A DNA stretch of 64,000 nucleotides from an uncultured Candidatus Saccharibacteria bacterium (GTDB lineage Bacteria; Patescibacteriota; Minisyncoccia; Phycocordibacterales; CAZTPW01), in assembly GCA_964615725.1 (NCBI GenBank), contig CAZTPW010000002.1, forward strand, positions 5,656-69,655. Reading direction: 5' to 3'. The notes under the pieces were generated by a model that saw nothing but the letters and a program-made list of their open reading frames with translations, had not been told where the DNA came from and made no database searches. The translations under genes and the position numbers were made by a program. Below, in pieces: positions 40,646 through 49,503 of the stretch (its first letter is position 1; each line of letters opens with the position of its first letter).

Positions 40646-41218
40646 ATGAAAGAAACGATTGCAATCATTGCGGCGGTTCTTGCTTTTATCGGCAATATTT
40701 CCTACCTCATTGATAGTGTGAAGGGTAGAATACAACCTCACCCGTATACATGGTTTATTTGGTCTATTGTTTCGATGACCACTTTTTTCGGTGGCTTGAT
40801 GAAGGGTGCTGGTATTGGTGCGCTTCCCACAGGCGTTGCCGAAATGTTTACCGTCATGATCTTTTTCTTTTCACTCAAAAATCTCTTCAAAAAAAGCGCT
40901 GGCCCTATCCGCAAAGTTGACCATTATTATCTCGCAGCCTGCCTCCTCGGCCTCGTGCCTTGGGTAATGACCAAAGACCCAACTGTATCAGTCGTGATCG
41001 TTGTCTTGATTGATATCGTCGCTTTCATTCCAACACTTCGCAAGACATGGGCAAACCCACACACCGAAAAGCCAACGCTCTATCAGATGAATGTTTTGCG
41101 TCACATCATGACGTTGTTCTCACTGCAAACCTACAACATTGCCACCACCATTCACTCAATTGCTATGATTTGCACAAATACTCTCATGACCTTTTTTATC
41201 AACCGAAAACGAGTATAA
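40646..41218 (+). CDS. multi-pass membrane protein
   Basis: About 6 TMs; PH.YTW.IW, PT.RK.W..P..E. Confidence 0.8.
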   Translation: MKETIAIIAAVLAFIGNISYLIDSVKGRIQPHPYTWFIWSIVSMTTFFGGLMKGAGIGALPTGVAEMFTVMIFFFSLKNLFKKSAGPIRKVDHYYLAACLLGLVPWVMTKDPTVSVVIVVLIDIVAFIPTLRKTWANPHTEKPTLYQMNVLRHIMTLFSLQTYNIATTIHSIAMICTNTLMTFFINRKRV

Positions 41219-41227
41219 TGCTGATCT

Positions 41228-41758
41228 ATGAACTCACCACACCCAAAACAATTTCTCGTGATTATTGAAGGGCCAATGGGAGCCGGGAAGACTACGATCG
41301 GCAATTTTTTACGAAAAGACCTCAAACGCACCGCGATCCTCAGTACTGACATGATTAAGTATTTTCTCACTGATTTTGAACGAGGGGAGAGGGACAATGC
41401 AATCACAGCCGCCGTCCTTTTGAGTATGTGTCGAGAGTATGCAAGGCAGGGAATCAATATCGTACTTGCACAAGGTTTTTGGAACAAAGAATTCGTTGTG
41501 CCATACAAAAAACTCGCTGAAGAATATGGTATGAAATTTTTTGGGTATGAGCTCGAAGCACCAAAAGAATTTCTGATGGAGCGTGTAAAGAATCGACCCC
41601 GATCTGAATTTGCCAAAACACCTCTTACTGATGAAATCATCTTGCGGAACCTCAAGAACTGGGAAGATAATCGATATCACCTCGGCAAAGTTTTTGATGT
41701 TACAAAGATGAACTCTGAGGAGATTGCCAAGGTTATTCTTAAAGACCTCACATCATAA
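41228..41758 (+). CDS. P-loop kinase (AAA_33-like)
   Basis: GPMGAGKTT Walker A; ERV..R lid. Confidence 0.85.
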   Translation: MNSPHPKQFLVIIEGPMGAGKTTIGNFLRKDLKRTAILSTDMIKYFLTDFERGERDNAITAAVLLSMCREYARQGINIVLAQGFWNKEFVVPYKKLAEEYGMKFFGYELEAPKEFLMERVKNRPRSEFAKTPLTDEIILRNLKNWEDNRYHLGKVFDVTKMNSEEIAKVILKDLTS

Positions 41759-41760
41759 CC

Positions 41761-42132
41761 ATGAAAGCCCCGCATTCAATCCAAGACTATATCAGGCTCT
41801 ACCCGGTTGCCACTCAGAAAAAGTTGCGTGAACTTCGAGCTACGATCAAAAAGGTTGCACCGAAAAGTGTCGAATCAATCGCTTACGGTATGCCATCATT
41901 TAAACAGCATAAATATCTTGTGCATTTTGCTGCGTATAACAATCACATCGGATTCTACCCAACACCTTCCGCGATTAAGGTCTTTGCCAAAGAGCTATCA
42001 CGCTATGTAACATCAAAAGGGGCTGTGCAGTTTCCCCTCGATGAGAAGCTTCCGCTCGGGCTGATCAAGCGAATTGTGAAATATCGGGTTGGGGAGGATC
42101 TTGTGCAAGCTAAAAAACAAGAAAAACACTAG
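41761..42132 (+). CDS. DUF1801 / YdhG-like protein
   Basis: E.IAYGMP.F…HFAA…HIGFYP…SKG.VQFP.D..LP. Confidence 0.9.
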   Translation: MKAPHSIQDYIRLYPVATQKKLRELRATIKKVAPKSVESIAYGMPSFKQHKYLVHFAAYNNHIGFYPTPSAIKVFAKELSRYVTSKGAVQFPLDEKLPLGLIKRIVKYRVGEDLVQAKKQEKH

Positions 42133-42246
42133 GGTTTTTATATTGACAAAAATATAAAAATGTGCTAGGGTCTTTAGCAGCATGCTTACCCTCTAAGGTT
42201 TCTTGGTAGGGAGAAATAGGCATAAAACCGCACACTCAAAACCCTT

Positions 42247-43053
42247 ATGAAAAAGTTGTTTGCTGGGATCATCCTGGCTTTTCTCCTCTCGAATTCACTC
42301 ACTGCTCAGACCAACACCAACAGTCCGTTGAGTTACAACGCCGGTGTCATCTTGATGAGCAAATACTACGGGACGATTTTTGGGGGGACGTTTTACAACG
42401 GCCCCATGTCCTTCTGGGATGCCAACGCGGTGTACAAAAATCGCTTTGGTGATTTCACTGCCACAATCATGGCGGGGCAAAAGCTTGACCGCCTGAATAC
42501 CTACAACGTTGACGGCGGCACCGAGTACGATGCCGGCTTCGACCAGACCTTCACGTTCGGTGGGCCGAAATACCCAATCAAGCTCGACGTCGGCTGCTTG
42601 TATCTTTTTGTCACCGACCTCGGCAAGACTCACGACGACTTCTTTGACGAGACCATTCGCATCGACTTTCCCATTCGCGCTGATCGCAAGGATGGTCCGC
42701 TGGTCCAACCCTACTATCAGATTTTCCATTACCACTATGTGGGGGATGGACTGAAAGATGGGGGATGGATTAGCTACGCCGGACTCATCCGCGACCAGAA
42801 GCTCGGTCTCCATTTGTTTGGTAACGAGCTGAAGCTTCGCTTCGACTATCGCATGGGCATCAACCTCGGTGTCCTTGGAAGTAAACCGGGGATTGAATAC
42901 CATCGCTGGTCTTTGTCACTACCGATCACCAAGGGGAAATGGACATTCACCCCCGAGGTGCTCGCTCAGATACCGGGCGGTCGAAATCAAACTTGGGTGA
43001 CCGAGAAGAACGAAAACTTCTACGGGAACCTGAGCATTCGCTACAACTTTTGA
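42247..43053 (+). CDS. putative outer-membrane beta-barrel (TorF/Gcw_chp-like)
   Basis: Signal peptide, alternating amphipathic strands, S.Y..G/E.D pattern, C-terminal LSIRYNF. Confidence 0.7.
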   Translation: MKKLFAGIILAFLLSNSLTAQTNTNSPLSYNAGVILMSKYYGTIFGGTFYNGPMSFWDANAVYKNRFGDFTATIMAGQKLDRLNTYNVDGGTEYDAGFDQTFTFGGPKYPIKLDVGCLYLFVTDLGKTHDDFFDETIRIDFPIRADRKDGPLVQPYYQIFHYHYVGDGLKDGGWISYAGLIRDQKLGLHLFGNELKLRFDYRMGINLGVLGSKPGIEYHRWSLSLPITKGKWTFTPEVLAQIPGGRNQTWVTEKNENFYGNLSIRYNF

Positions 43054-43073
43054 TAGCCCACATCTCGTGGGTT

Positions 43074-43099
43074 GCCACTCCGAAAGGGGTGGCTTTTTT
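43074..43099 (+). terminator. intrinsic terminator
   Basis: gccactcc-gaaa-ggggtggc-tttttt. Confidence 0.85.
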
Positions 43100-43157
43100 C
43101 ATTATCCTGTTACATTTTTGCTATACTATCTGTATAACACCTATCATCAACACAACT

Positions 43158-43832
43158 ATGAATACCAAAACTCTTTATATTGGCGGAGGAATTATTGTCT
43201 TATCGATTTTAGTTTCTTTGACACTTTTCATTAGTGCCCGAGATTTCTCAAAGCAGGGCTCGTATATTGAAGTGAAAGGTCTTTCAGAGAAAATCGTGAA
43301 AGCAGACAATGCGATTTGGTCATTAGGTTTTGAAACAAAATCAAATGATATCGACAGTCACTATGCAGATATCGATCGAAATATTAAAGCGGTCAAAGCT
43401 TTTCTCACCGAAAAAGGTTTCGATGAGTCAGAAATAAATGTCGCTCCTGTAAACATTTATCAGGACACCTACAAAGACGCAGCATTTCGATACAATTCAT
43501 CGAGCCAGATTTCGGTCTATACAAAGAAAGTTGATCTCGCCAAAACCGCATCGAATTCAACACTACTCTTGGTCAAAAAGGGCGTCGCCTTGAATCAGAA
43601 CTACATCTCATTCGAGATTTCGGATCTCAACAGTATTAAACCGGAAATGCTCGCTGAGGCTATCAAGAATGCCCGAGACACAGCATCGCAGTTTGCTTCA
43701 AGCTCGGGATCGACTGTCGGGGAAGTTGCTCGTGGCAATCAAGGGGTTTTTGAAATAACCAACAAAGATCCAGGATCACCCGAATACAAAAAGGTTCGAC
43801 TCGTTTCGACCCTCAGATTCCTTATTCAATAA
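43158..43832 (+). CDS. SIMPL domain (DUF541) protein
   Basis: VKGLSEK.VKAD.A.W, LN.IKPEML.EA..NAR..A.QFA, A.QG.F.I. Confidence 0.9.
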   Translation: MNTKTLYIGGGIIVLSILVSLTLFISARDFSKQGSYIEVKGLSEKIVKADNAIWSLGFETKSNDIDSHYADIDRNIKAVKAFLTEKGFDESEINVAPVNIYQDTYKDAAFRYNSSSQISVYTKKVDLAKTASNSTLLLVKKGVALNQNYISFEISDLNSIKPEMLAEAIKNARDTASQFASSSGSTVGEVARGNQGVFEITNKDPGSPEYKKVRLVSTLRFLIQ

Positions 43833-43861
43833 AGCATCAAAATATTTTTTAAAAAACAACA

Positions 43862-44275
43862 ATGGCAAAACTTAATCCATTCATTCGGTTTAATGGCGGA
43901 AAATGCGCAGAGGCGATGAACTTCTACAAAGGTATTATTGGCGGCGAGCTTTATTTCATGCCCGTCAAAGGGAGTGTAATGGAGAAAGACATGCCGGCAG
44001 ACAAGCAGGATTTGATCATGCATTCTTCTCTTACAAAAGATACTTGGACGCTTATCGGCTCTGATATGATGCGAGACACTGCAACAATCGGCGACCATAT
44101 GGGTGTGGCATACGAGGCAGAGACTGTAGAGGAAGGGCAGGGGGTGTTTGCAAAACTCTCAGAAGGTGGAGAAATCTTTATGCCCTTCGAGAAGCAGTTC
44201 TGGGGTACAATGTTTGGTCTTGTGACTGACAAGTATGGGGTAGAGTGGATGGTGACGTGTATTAAAACAATCTAA
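43862..44275 (+). CDS. VOC/PhnB protein
   Basis: LNPFI.FNG..EAM.FY…IMHS.L…FWG..FG..TDKYGV.W. Confidence 0.92.
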   Translation: MAKLNPFIRFNGGKCAEAMNFYKGIIGGELYFMPVKGSVMEKDMPADKQDLIMHSSLTKDTWTLIGSDMMRDTATIGDHMGVAYEAETVEEGQGVFAKLSEGGEIFMPFEKQFWGTMFGLVTDKYGVEWMVTCIKTI

Positions 44276-44299
44276 CCTCGGTACTTTAGCTTCTTGAGC

Positions 44300-44854
44300 A
44301 TGAAGATTTCTATTGTTCGACACGGTGAAACTGACTTAAACAGAGCAAAAAGACTCATGGGGCAGCGTATAGATGAACCTTTGAATGAGGAGGGTATACG
44401 ACAGGCTGAGAGTCTTGCCCTGAATATTAATGATCACGAATTTGATCTCATCCTAACCTCTCCATTACAAAGGGCATATCAAACGGCTACAATCATCTCT
44501 CAAAAAACCCGCACACCAGTCATTAAAAAACAGGATCTCATTGAACGTGACTTCGGAAGTCTTACAGGAAAGACTTGGGAAGAAATGGATCAGCAAGTCT
44601 CCGCAGATGCAATCGACTTTAAGAAAACTGACCTCGATCAAAAATATGACTATCGTCCTTATGGTGGCGAATGTATTGACGATGTGAAGAAGAGATTCTC
44701 GAACTTCATTAAAGAAATAAAGAAGGATTACTCAGATAAGCGAGTTCTCGTAATTGCCCACGGTGGAATTATAAAAGTAGCGAATCTTGTTTTAAAAACA
44801 GAAATACTTGATCAAACCCCAGATAATATGACAGTTCATGAGTTTGAGATTTAG
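44300..44854 (+). CDS. histidine phosphatase family protein
   Basis: RHGET..N, SPL.RA.QTA, AHGG. Confidence 0.93.
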   Translation: MKISIVRHGETDLNRAKRLMGQRIDEPLNEEGIRQAESLALNINDHEFDLILTSPLQRAYQTATIISQKTRTPVIKKQDLIERDFGSLTGKTWEEMDQQVSADAIDFKKTDLDQKYDYRPYGGECIDDVKKRFSNFIKEIKKDYSDKRVLVIAHGGIIKVANLVLKTEILDQTPDNMTVHEFEI

Positions 44855-44871
44855 GTAACCATCATTTCAAT

Positions 44872-44902
44872 AAAAAAGAGATCGAACAACATTCGATCTC
44901 TT
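44872..44902 (-). terminator. intrinsic terminator (MFS gene; possibly bidirectional)
   Basis: aaaaaagagatcgaa-caaca-ttcgatctctt. Confidence 0.8.
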
Positions 44903-44917
44903 GTGAGTTTATCAATC

Positions 44918-46093
44918 CTATTTTTTCCAAACGATCAGCGCACCTAGGATGAGTGCCGCGCCAGAGAAGATCCACGCAGTACTGATGCTTGTAGATTCCG
45001 CGAGTGCTCCACTTATGAGGAGGCCGAGCGCGCCACCGATATGTGGAGCGATGGAGCAGAACGACGATATGGTGGCGCGCTCATGCGACGGAATCCGATC
45101 GTGCAAGTAACTTGTTATAAGTGGCCCCCAACATCCTCTTCCAGCCTCATGAAGCAAAAAGAATGTCAGTGCCCACCCAAAGCTCGGAGCCAGCGCCGAA
45201 GCAATGACTGTTGCACCAACGTAGCACTGCACCGAAATGATCCATCCACGCTCTTTACCATGGCTTTTCACACGAGCAATGAAGACGTTTCCAAGAGCGA
45301 GCGCTGCCATCATAGTGACAAAGACATACCCGTAATGAACCTCCTTCACGCCATGGCTTTTGAAAAATGGTTGCCAGAACATGTTGAGTGCCATTACTGA
45401 GTAGATTTGAATTCCGCTGATGATGAGGATGAAGCGCACTGCCTTGTCATGAATTGCATAATGAATACTCGAGGTGGCAATCGCTTTCATTGCATGCCAT
45501 CCATTGTTCCAAGAGACATCTTGTTTTTTGAAGTATTCTTCTCGCATGACTGACCATGCAATACATGCGGTGGTTATCATTACAAACCCCGCAATGATCC
45601 ACGGCAGAGAAAGGCTCACTGCCATCAGGTAGGAACCCGAGACAGCACCAATTCCGCTCCCGATTTTGCAGATCAATGCATTTTTGGCGAAGATCGGTTT
45701 GAGATCTCCGTCGTGACCGTGGTGTTTCATACTGTCTACGAACCAAGCCTGGAAGGCTCCACTCATAAACGTACAGCCAATCCCGCCAATTACTTCAGCG
45801 AGGATGAAGCCATAGAAACTCGATGAGAGTCCATAGACAAACATACTCACCGCCAGGATCGCACACGAGATCACGAAGGACTTCTTCCTTCCGAATAGGT
45901 CTGCGAAAGCTCCTGTTGGTATTTCACAGACGAAGAGGGTAAGGAAGAAAGTGGCATTGACCACGTTGATCTGAAAGAGGTTGAGGCCGCTTTTCATGAG
46001 GTAGGTGGAGTAGATTGCCGCGATGAGGTCCATACCTGCCGCACTGAAGAGGAAGGAAAGGAGCATATACTGACGAACGATTCGTTTCTGCAT
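44918..46093 (-). CDS. MFS transporter
   Basis: EIPTG.FAD.FGRK.S motif A, about 12 TMs, IPS..RATI.S. Confidence 0.93.
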   Translation of the reverse strand: MQKRIVRQYMLLSFLFSAAGMDLIAAIYSTYLMKSGLNLFQINVVNATFFLTLFVCEIPTGAFADLFGRKKSFVISCAILAVSMFVYGLSSSFYGFILAEVIGGIGCTFMSGAFQAWFVDSMKHHGHDGDLKPIFAKNALICKIGSGIGAVSGSYLMAVSLSLPWIIAGFVMITTACIAWSVMREEYFKKQDVSWNNGWHAMKAIATSSIHYAIHDKAVRFILIISGIQIYSVMALNMFWQPFFKSHGVKEVHYGYVFVTMMAALALGNVFIARVKSHGKERGWIISVQCYVGATVIASALAPSFGWALTFFLLHEAGRGCWGPLITSYLHDRIPSHERATISSFCSIAPHIGGALGLLISGALAESTSISTAWIFSGAALILGALIVWKK

Positions 46094-46147
46094 AGGAGTA
46101 GTATTGATTTGTTAAGGAACTATTTCCCTGGACGAGGGAATGAGGAA

Positions 46148-46375
46148 AAGAAAAATCCCGACTTTCGTCCAGTCGGGATTTTTCTTCAAAGAATAGATGA
46201 TAGGAAATTAACCCTTCATAGAACAAGAACAATCACGACTAGGCGCAAGATACGCACATGGTGTATACGCAGAAAGAGATCCCTGAACGATAGTTCGGGC
46301 CTTTTTCCAGATATGCGTGATGTTCTTTGTGTTGTTCACGTGTAAAATAATAGCTTATTTGAGCCATTCTGTCAA
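46148..46375 (-). promoter_or_regulatory. promoter, leader ORF and attenuator upstream of the MFS gene
   Basis: TTGACA-17-TATTAT (46375-46347); GTG uORF 46339-46208; terminator 46148-46186. Confidence 0.65.
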
Positions 46376-46454
46376 TACTTTCCCATTTTAATCCGCTTTG
46401 CTACCATAGTGGGGTCTTATCAATAACGGGGCAATGCCCATAATTTTTTAAAAC

Positions 46455-46709
46455 ATGCCAAAAGCAAATTCCGCATTCATGAAACCAATGACCATCAGCG
46501 CTGATCTCGCTCCTGTCGTAGGAAAGGGTCCAATGCCTCGATCAGAAGTCGTAAAGGCTCTCTGGGTCTATATCAAGAAGAACAATCTCCAGGATCCAAA
46601 GAACAAGCGAAACATCAATGCTGATGCTACCTTGAAGAAGGTTTTCGGCGGAAAGGCTACTGTTACTATGTTTGAAATGACAAAGCTCGTTTCAAAACAC
46701 CTCTCATAA
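46455..46709 (+). CDS. stand-alone SWIB/MDM2-domain protein
   Basis: P…S..LA.VVG..P.PR.EVVK.LW.YIK.NNLQDP.NKR.I.AD..L..VFG…MFEM.KL.SKHL. Confidence 0.93.
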   Translation: MPKANSAFMKPMTISADLAPVVGKGPMPRSEVVKALWVYIKKNNLQDPKNKRNINADATLKKVFGGKATVTMFEMTKLVSKHLS

Positions 46710-46729
46710 GGAATCGCCAACCCTGGAAG

Positions 46730-46762
46730 ACAAAAACGCCCATAAGAGGGCGTTTTTGTTTT
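46730..46762 (+). terminator. intrinsic terminator
   Basis: acaaaaacgccc-ataaga-gggcgtttttgtttt. Confidence 0.85.
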
Positions 46763-46807
46763 GTGTTATCCACGCCACAAAATACTCAGGTTTGGTATAC
46801 TAGCACC

Positions 46808-47434
46808 ATGAATCATCCATTGAAAAAAGCACTTGTAGTCCTTCTCGTCATTGTGGTAGGGCTGGTATTTTATTCATTTATAGCAAAATACACCGCGCTT
46901 CAGCTTCCTGATTTCTCATTCCAAAAATCTGAAACAGAGATTATTGAAATGATGGGGAATCGTGCCGTAAAAGCTCTCAAAAATCGAGATTCAAAGACGC
47001 TCGCTCTCATGATGCATCCTCAAGTACACCTTCGATTCTCACCCTTCCCATCATTCAGTGCAGATTCCATCTCATTTTCACAAGACGAAGTCCAGAAGCT
47101 TTTTGCTGACAACCACAAGTATCTCTGGGGCTACACCGACGGCAAGGGCGATCCGATTCTTATGACGCCTCAGGAATATTACACCTCATATCTCTATGCC
47201 GTTGATTTTTCAAACGCACCTCAGAAATATTTCGCCCAACCCCAAACCTCTCGTGGCAACAATGTAAATACCATCCTCCAAACATTCCCCGGAGCGCGTG
47301 TGGCAGAATTCTATTTCCCTGGATTCAATCCAGAATATGAAGGTATGGATTGGAAGAGTCTTCTCATCATCTTTGCTCCGTCGGGCGGTAAATGGTTCCT
47401 CGTCGGTATTGCCAACAATCAGTGGGGGATTTAA
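46808..47434 (+). CDS. hypothetical membrane-anchored protein
   Basis: N-terminal TM; HP..LRFSP, WG..DG.G.PI, G.DW.SL…W.LVGI. Confidence 0.8.
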   Translation: MNHPLKKALVVLLVIVVGLVFYSFIAKYTALQLPDFSFQKSETEIIEMMGNRAVKALKNRDSKTLALMMHPQVHLRFSPFPSFSADSISFSQDEVQKLFADNHKYLWGYTDGKGDPILMTPQEYYTSYLYAVDFSNAPQKYFAQPQTSRGNNVNTILQTFPGARVAEFYFPGFNPEYEGMDWKSLLIIFAPSGGKWFLVGIANNQWGI

Positions 47435-47450
47435 TAGCTCGTATATTTCT

Positions 47451-47963
47451 ATGAAAAAGAAGCATTTTCAATCAAAAAAACTTCAGTCATTCATCGCTTT
47501 GTGTGTCCTCGCAACAGTGATTTGGATAATTCCTTTCTTTATTGATCATACCCAGCCAGCCCCCGACCGACTTTGGTATATGCCAGGTGGACTTCTTACC
47601 AACACTTCGTGGGATATCTATGAAGTCCGTGGCGCCGGAGCACATTATTCTATCGTCGTACCAGGCAAGACACCAAAGCCACAGTTTTCACTTTCATTCG
47701 AAAAGGACAAGCTCACCGGCACGATGTGTAACATCTTCAGTGGCCCTTATACCTTCAACGGTATGGCGGTGCGCGCAGAGCCAATTACAAGCACAAAGCG
47801 TGCATGTATCAATGGCGGTCTCATGGAGGCAGAGCAAGCACTCTTTACAGCACTTTCTTCAGGTTCGCAGTACGCAATCATCGGTAACAAGCTCGAAATC
47901 ATTGATGTGAAAAACGATATTCATATCGTCATGATGAAAAAGCAGGGTGAGGATAAGCGCTAA
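47451..47963 (+). CDS. META (HslJ-like) domain protein
   Basis: L..TSW, G..CN.F.G.Y, ST.RAC…M..EQ. Confidence 0.85.
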   Translation: MKKKHFQSKKLQSFIALCVLATVIWIIPFFIDHTQPAPDRLWYMPGGLLTNTSWDIYEVRGAGAHYSIVVPGKTPKPQFSLSFEKDKLTGTMCNIFSGPYTFNGMAVRAEPITSTKRACINGGLMEAEQALFTALSSGSQYAIIGNKLEIIDVKNDIHIVMMKKQGEDKR

Positions 47964-48652
47964 GCAACAATATCACCTACCTCTATACGATAGCCACGTC
48001 CTGGTACATTGTGGATGAGCTTGGGCTCTCCTTTACGCTCTATTTTTCGTCGGAGATTGAGAATGTGAGACTCTAGGGTGTTTGAATAAGGATCATCTTC
48101 TTTGTTCCATACATATTCCATCATCATTCCTCGCGAGACCACATGACCGGCGTGACGCATAAGGTATTCGAGAAGAGAAAACTCTTTCTTGGTGAGATGG
48201 ATCGGGGTATTTGCACGAGATACTTTCATACTTCCGGAATCAAGCTTGAGGTCGCCGATTGTATAAACAGAGTCCTGGAGTGCCTTTGGTCTTCGGAGAA
48301 TAGCTTTCATTCTCACAAGAAGCTCCTCGAGGGCGTAAGGTTTGCAGATATAGTCATCTGCGCCAGCATTGAAGAGAGATAGCTTGTCGCCAAGCTCGTG
48401 CTGGACGGTTGTGACAAGGATCGGAACTGTCTTTCCTGATGCGCGAATTTCCCGGCAGATCTCTAGACCGCTTTTCTTAGGCAAAATATTATCAAGGATA
48501 ATCACATCAAAATTTTCTGTCCGAGCAACATACGAACCTTTTTCGCCATCTGCGGTAGCGGTAATAGTATGGCACTCAGCTTCGAGTGCTCGTTTGAGAA
48601 AGTCTCGAACATCAATATCATCCTCGACGATCAGTATCCGCATAGGGTTCAT
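47960..48652 (-). CDS. OmpR/PhoB-family response regulator
   Basis: ILIVEDD, GADDY..KP, LT.KEF.LL.YL, LR.KI, V.G.GY. Confidence 0.95.
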   Translation of the reverse strand: MNPMRILIVEDDIDVRDFLKRALEAECHTITATADGEKGSYVARTENFDVIILDNILPKKSGLEICREIRASGKTVPILVTTVQHELGDKLSLFNAGADDYICKPYALEELLVRMKAILRRPKALQDSVYTIGDLKLDSGSMKVSRANTPIHLTKKEFSLLEYLMRHAGHVVSRGMMMEYVWNKEDDPYSNTLESHILNLRRKIERKGEPKLIHNVPGRGYRIEVGDIVA

Positions 48653-48695
48653 TATAGGGAATTGGAGGGGTAAGGTGAAGTATTTTTAGTAATCC

Positions 48696-48724
48696 TTGAA
48701 CAAAAATTGAACATTCCTTGATTT
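48696..48724. promoter_or_regulatory. tandem 11-bp-periodic repeat, candidate OmpR-type operator
   Basis: TTGAACA at 48696 and 48707, TTGATTT at 48718. Confidence 0.5.
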
Positions 48725-48791
48725 TTGACCCCAATTTTTTCGTAGATTTGGCAATTTCCCGTAGAAAGTAGCTCTGTGCTACTATTATGGT

Positions 48792-49106
48792 ATGGATACA
48801 TCATTAATACACGCAGACATTTTCTTCTTCATTACCAGTATTTCTGTGGTCGTTTTTACTATTCTTGGCATCATTGCCATGGTCTTTATTGTGAGAATTC
48901 TACGCAATGCCGCATCACTTTCTGATACTGTGCGCGCAGAAGGGGAGCTTCTCGCGGAGGATTTTTCTGAATTGCGTGTCGCCTACAAAGAAGAGGGTAT
49001 GAAGATTAAGTATCTCCTCCAGTTCATCACCAAAATGCTCGGTGCAAAATCTCCTACACCACGCAAGGCTCGCCACATTCATCCAGACGACCATACGAAA
49101 AAATAA
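48792..49106 (+). CDS. small membrane protein
   Basis: DIFFFITS..V TM followed by a helical region. Confidence 0.75.
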   Translation: MDTSLIHADIFFFITSISVVVFTILGIIAMVFIVRILRNAASLSDTVRAEGELLAEDFSELRVAYKEEGMKIKYLLQFITKMLGAKSPTPRKARHIHPDDHTKK

Positions 49107-49120
49107 TCAAGATTTACACC

Positions 49121-49498
49121 ATGAAAAAACAAAACAATTCATCAAAAAAGGCACTTATCGCAGGGATTGGCGCGGTGACCATAGCAGCAGGAGCTATCGG
49201 CGCATACCTCTATGGCACCAAAGACGGTGCCAAGAAGCGTAAGCAGGCAAAAAGCTGGATGTTGAAAGCAAAAGCAGAAGTTCTCGAAGAGCTCGAAGCT
49301 CTCAAAGATTCTGTGAGTGAGGATACCTACAATTCCATTGTTCATTCTGTACTCAGTAAGTACAAAGACCTTTCTCATGTCGACCTAAGCGATTTTACCG
49401 ACCTCGCTCAAGAGCTTAGGGCGCATTGGGATGATATGAAAGCAGATTTCGGTGGCCATCATCCAAAAAAGAAGTCATCACGTCGTAAGGCAAAATAA
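49121..49498 (+). CDS. YtxH-like protein
   Basis: Gly/Ala hydrophobic helix, YLYG.KDG.K.R. Confidence 0.7.
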   Translation: MKKQNNSSKKALIAGIGAVTIAAGAIGAYLYGTKDGAKKRKQAKSWMLKAKAEVLEELEALKDSVSEDTYNSIVHSVLSKYKDLSHVDLSDFTDLAQELRAHWDDMKADFGGHHPKKKSSRRKAK

Positions 49499-49503
49499 GT
49501 ACC

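Noticed and set aside
38604-44854. Classical integron
   Set aside because: No intI, and the intergenic gaps (mostly 2-55 bp) lack RYYYAAC…GTTRRRY attC palindromes.
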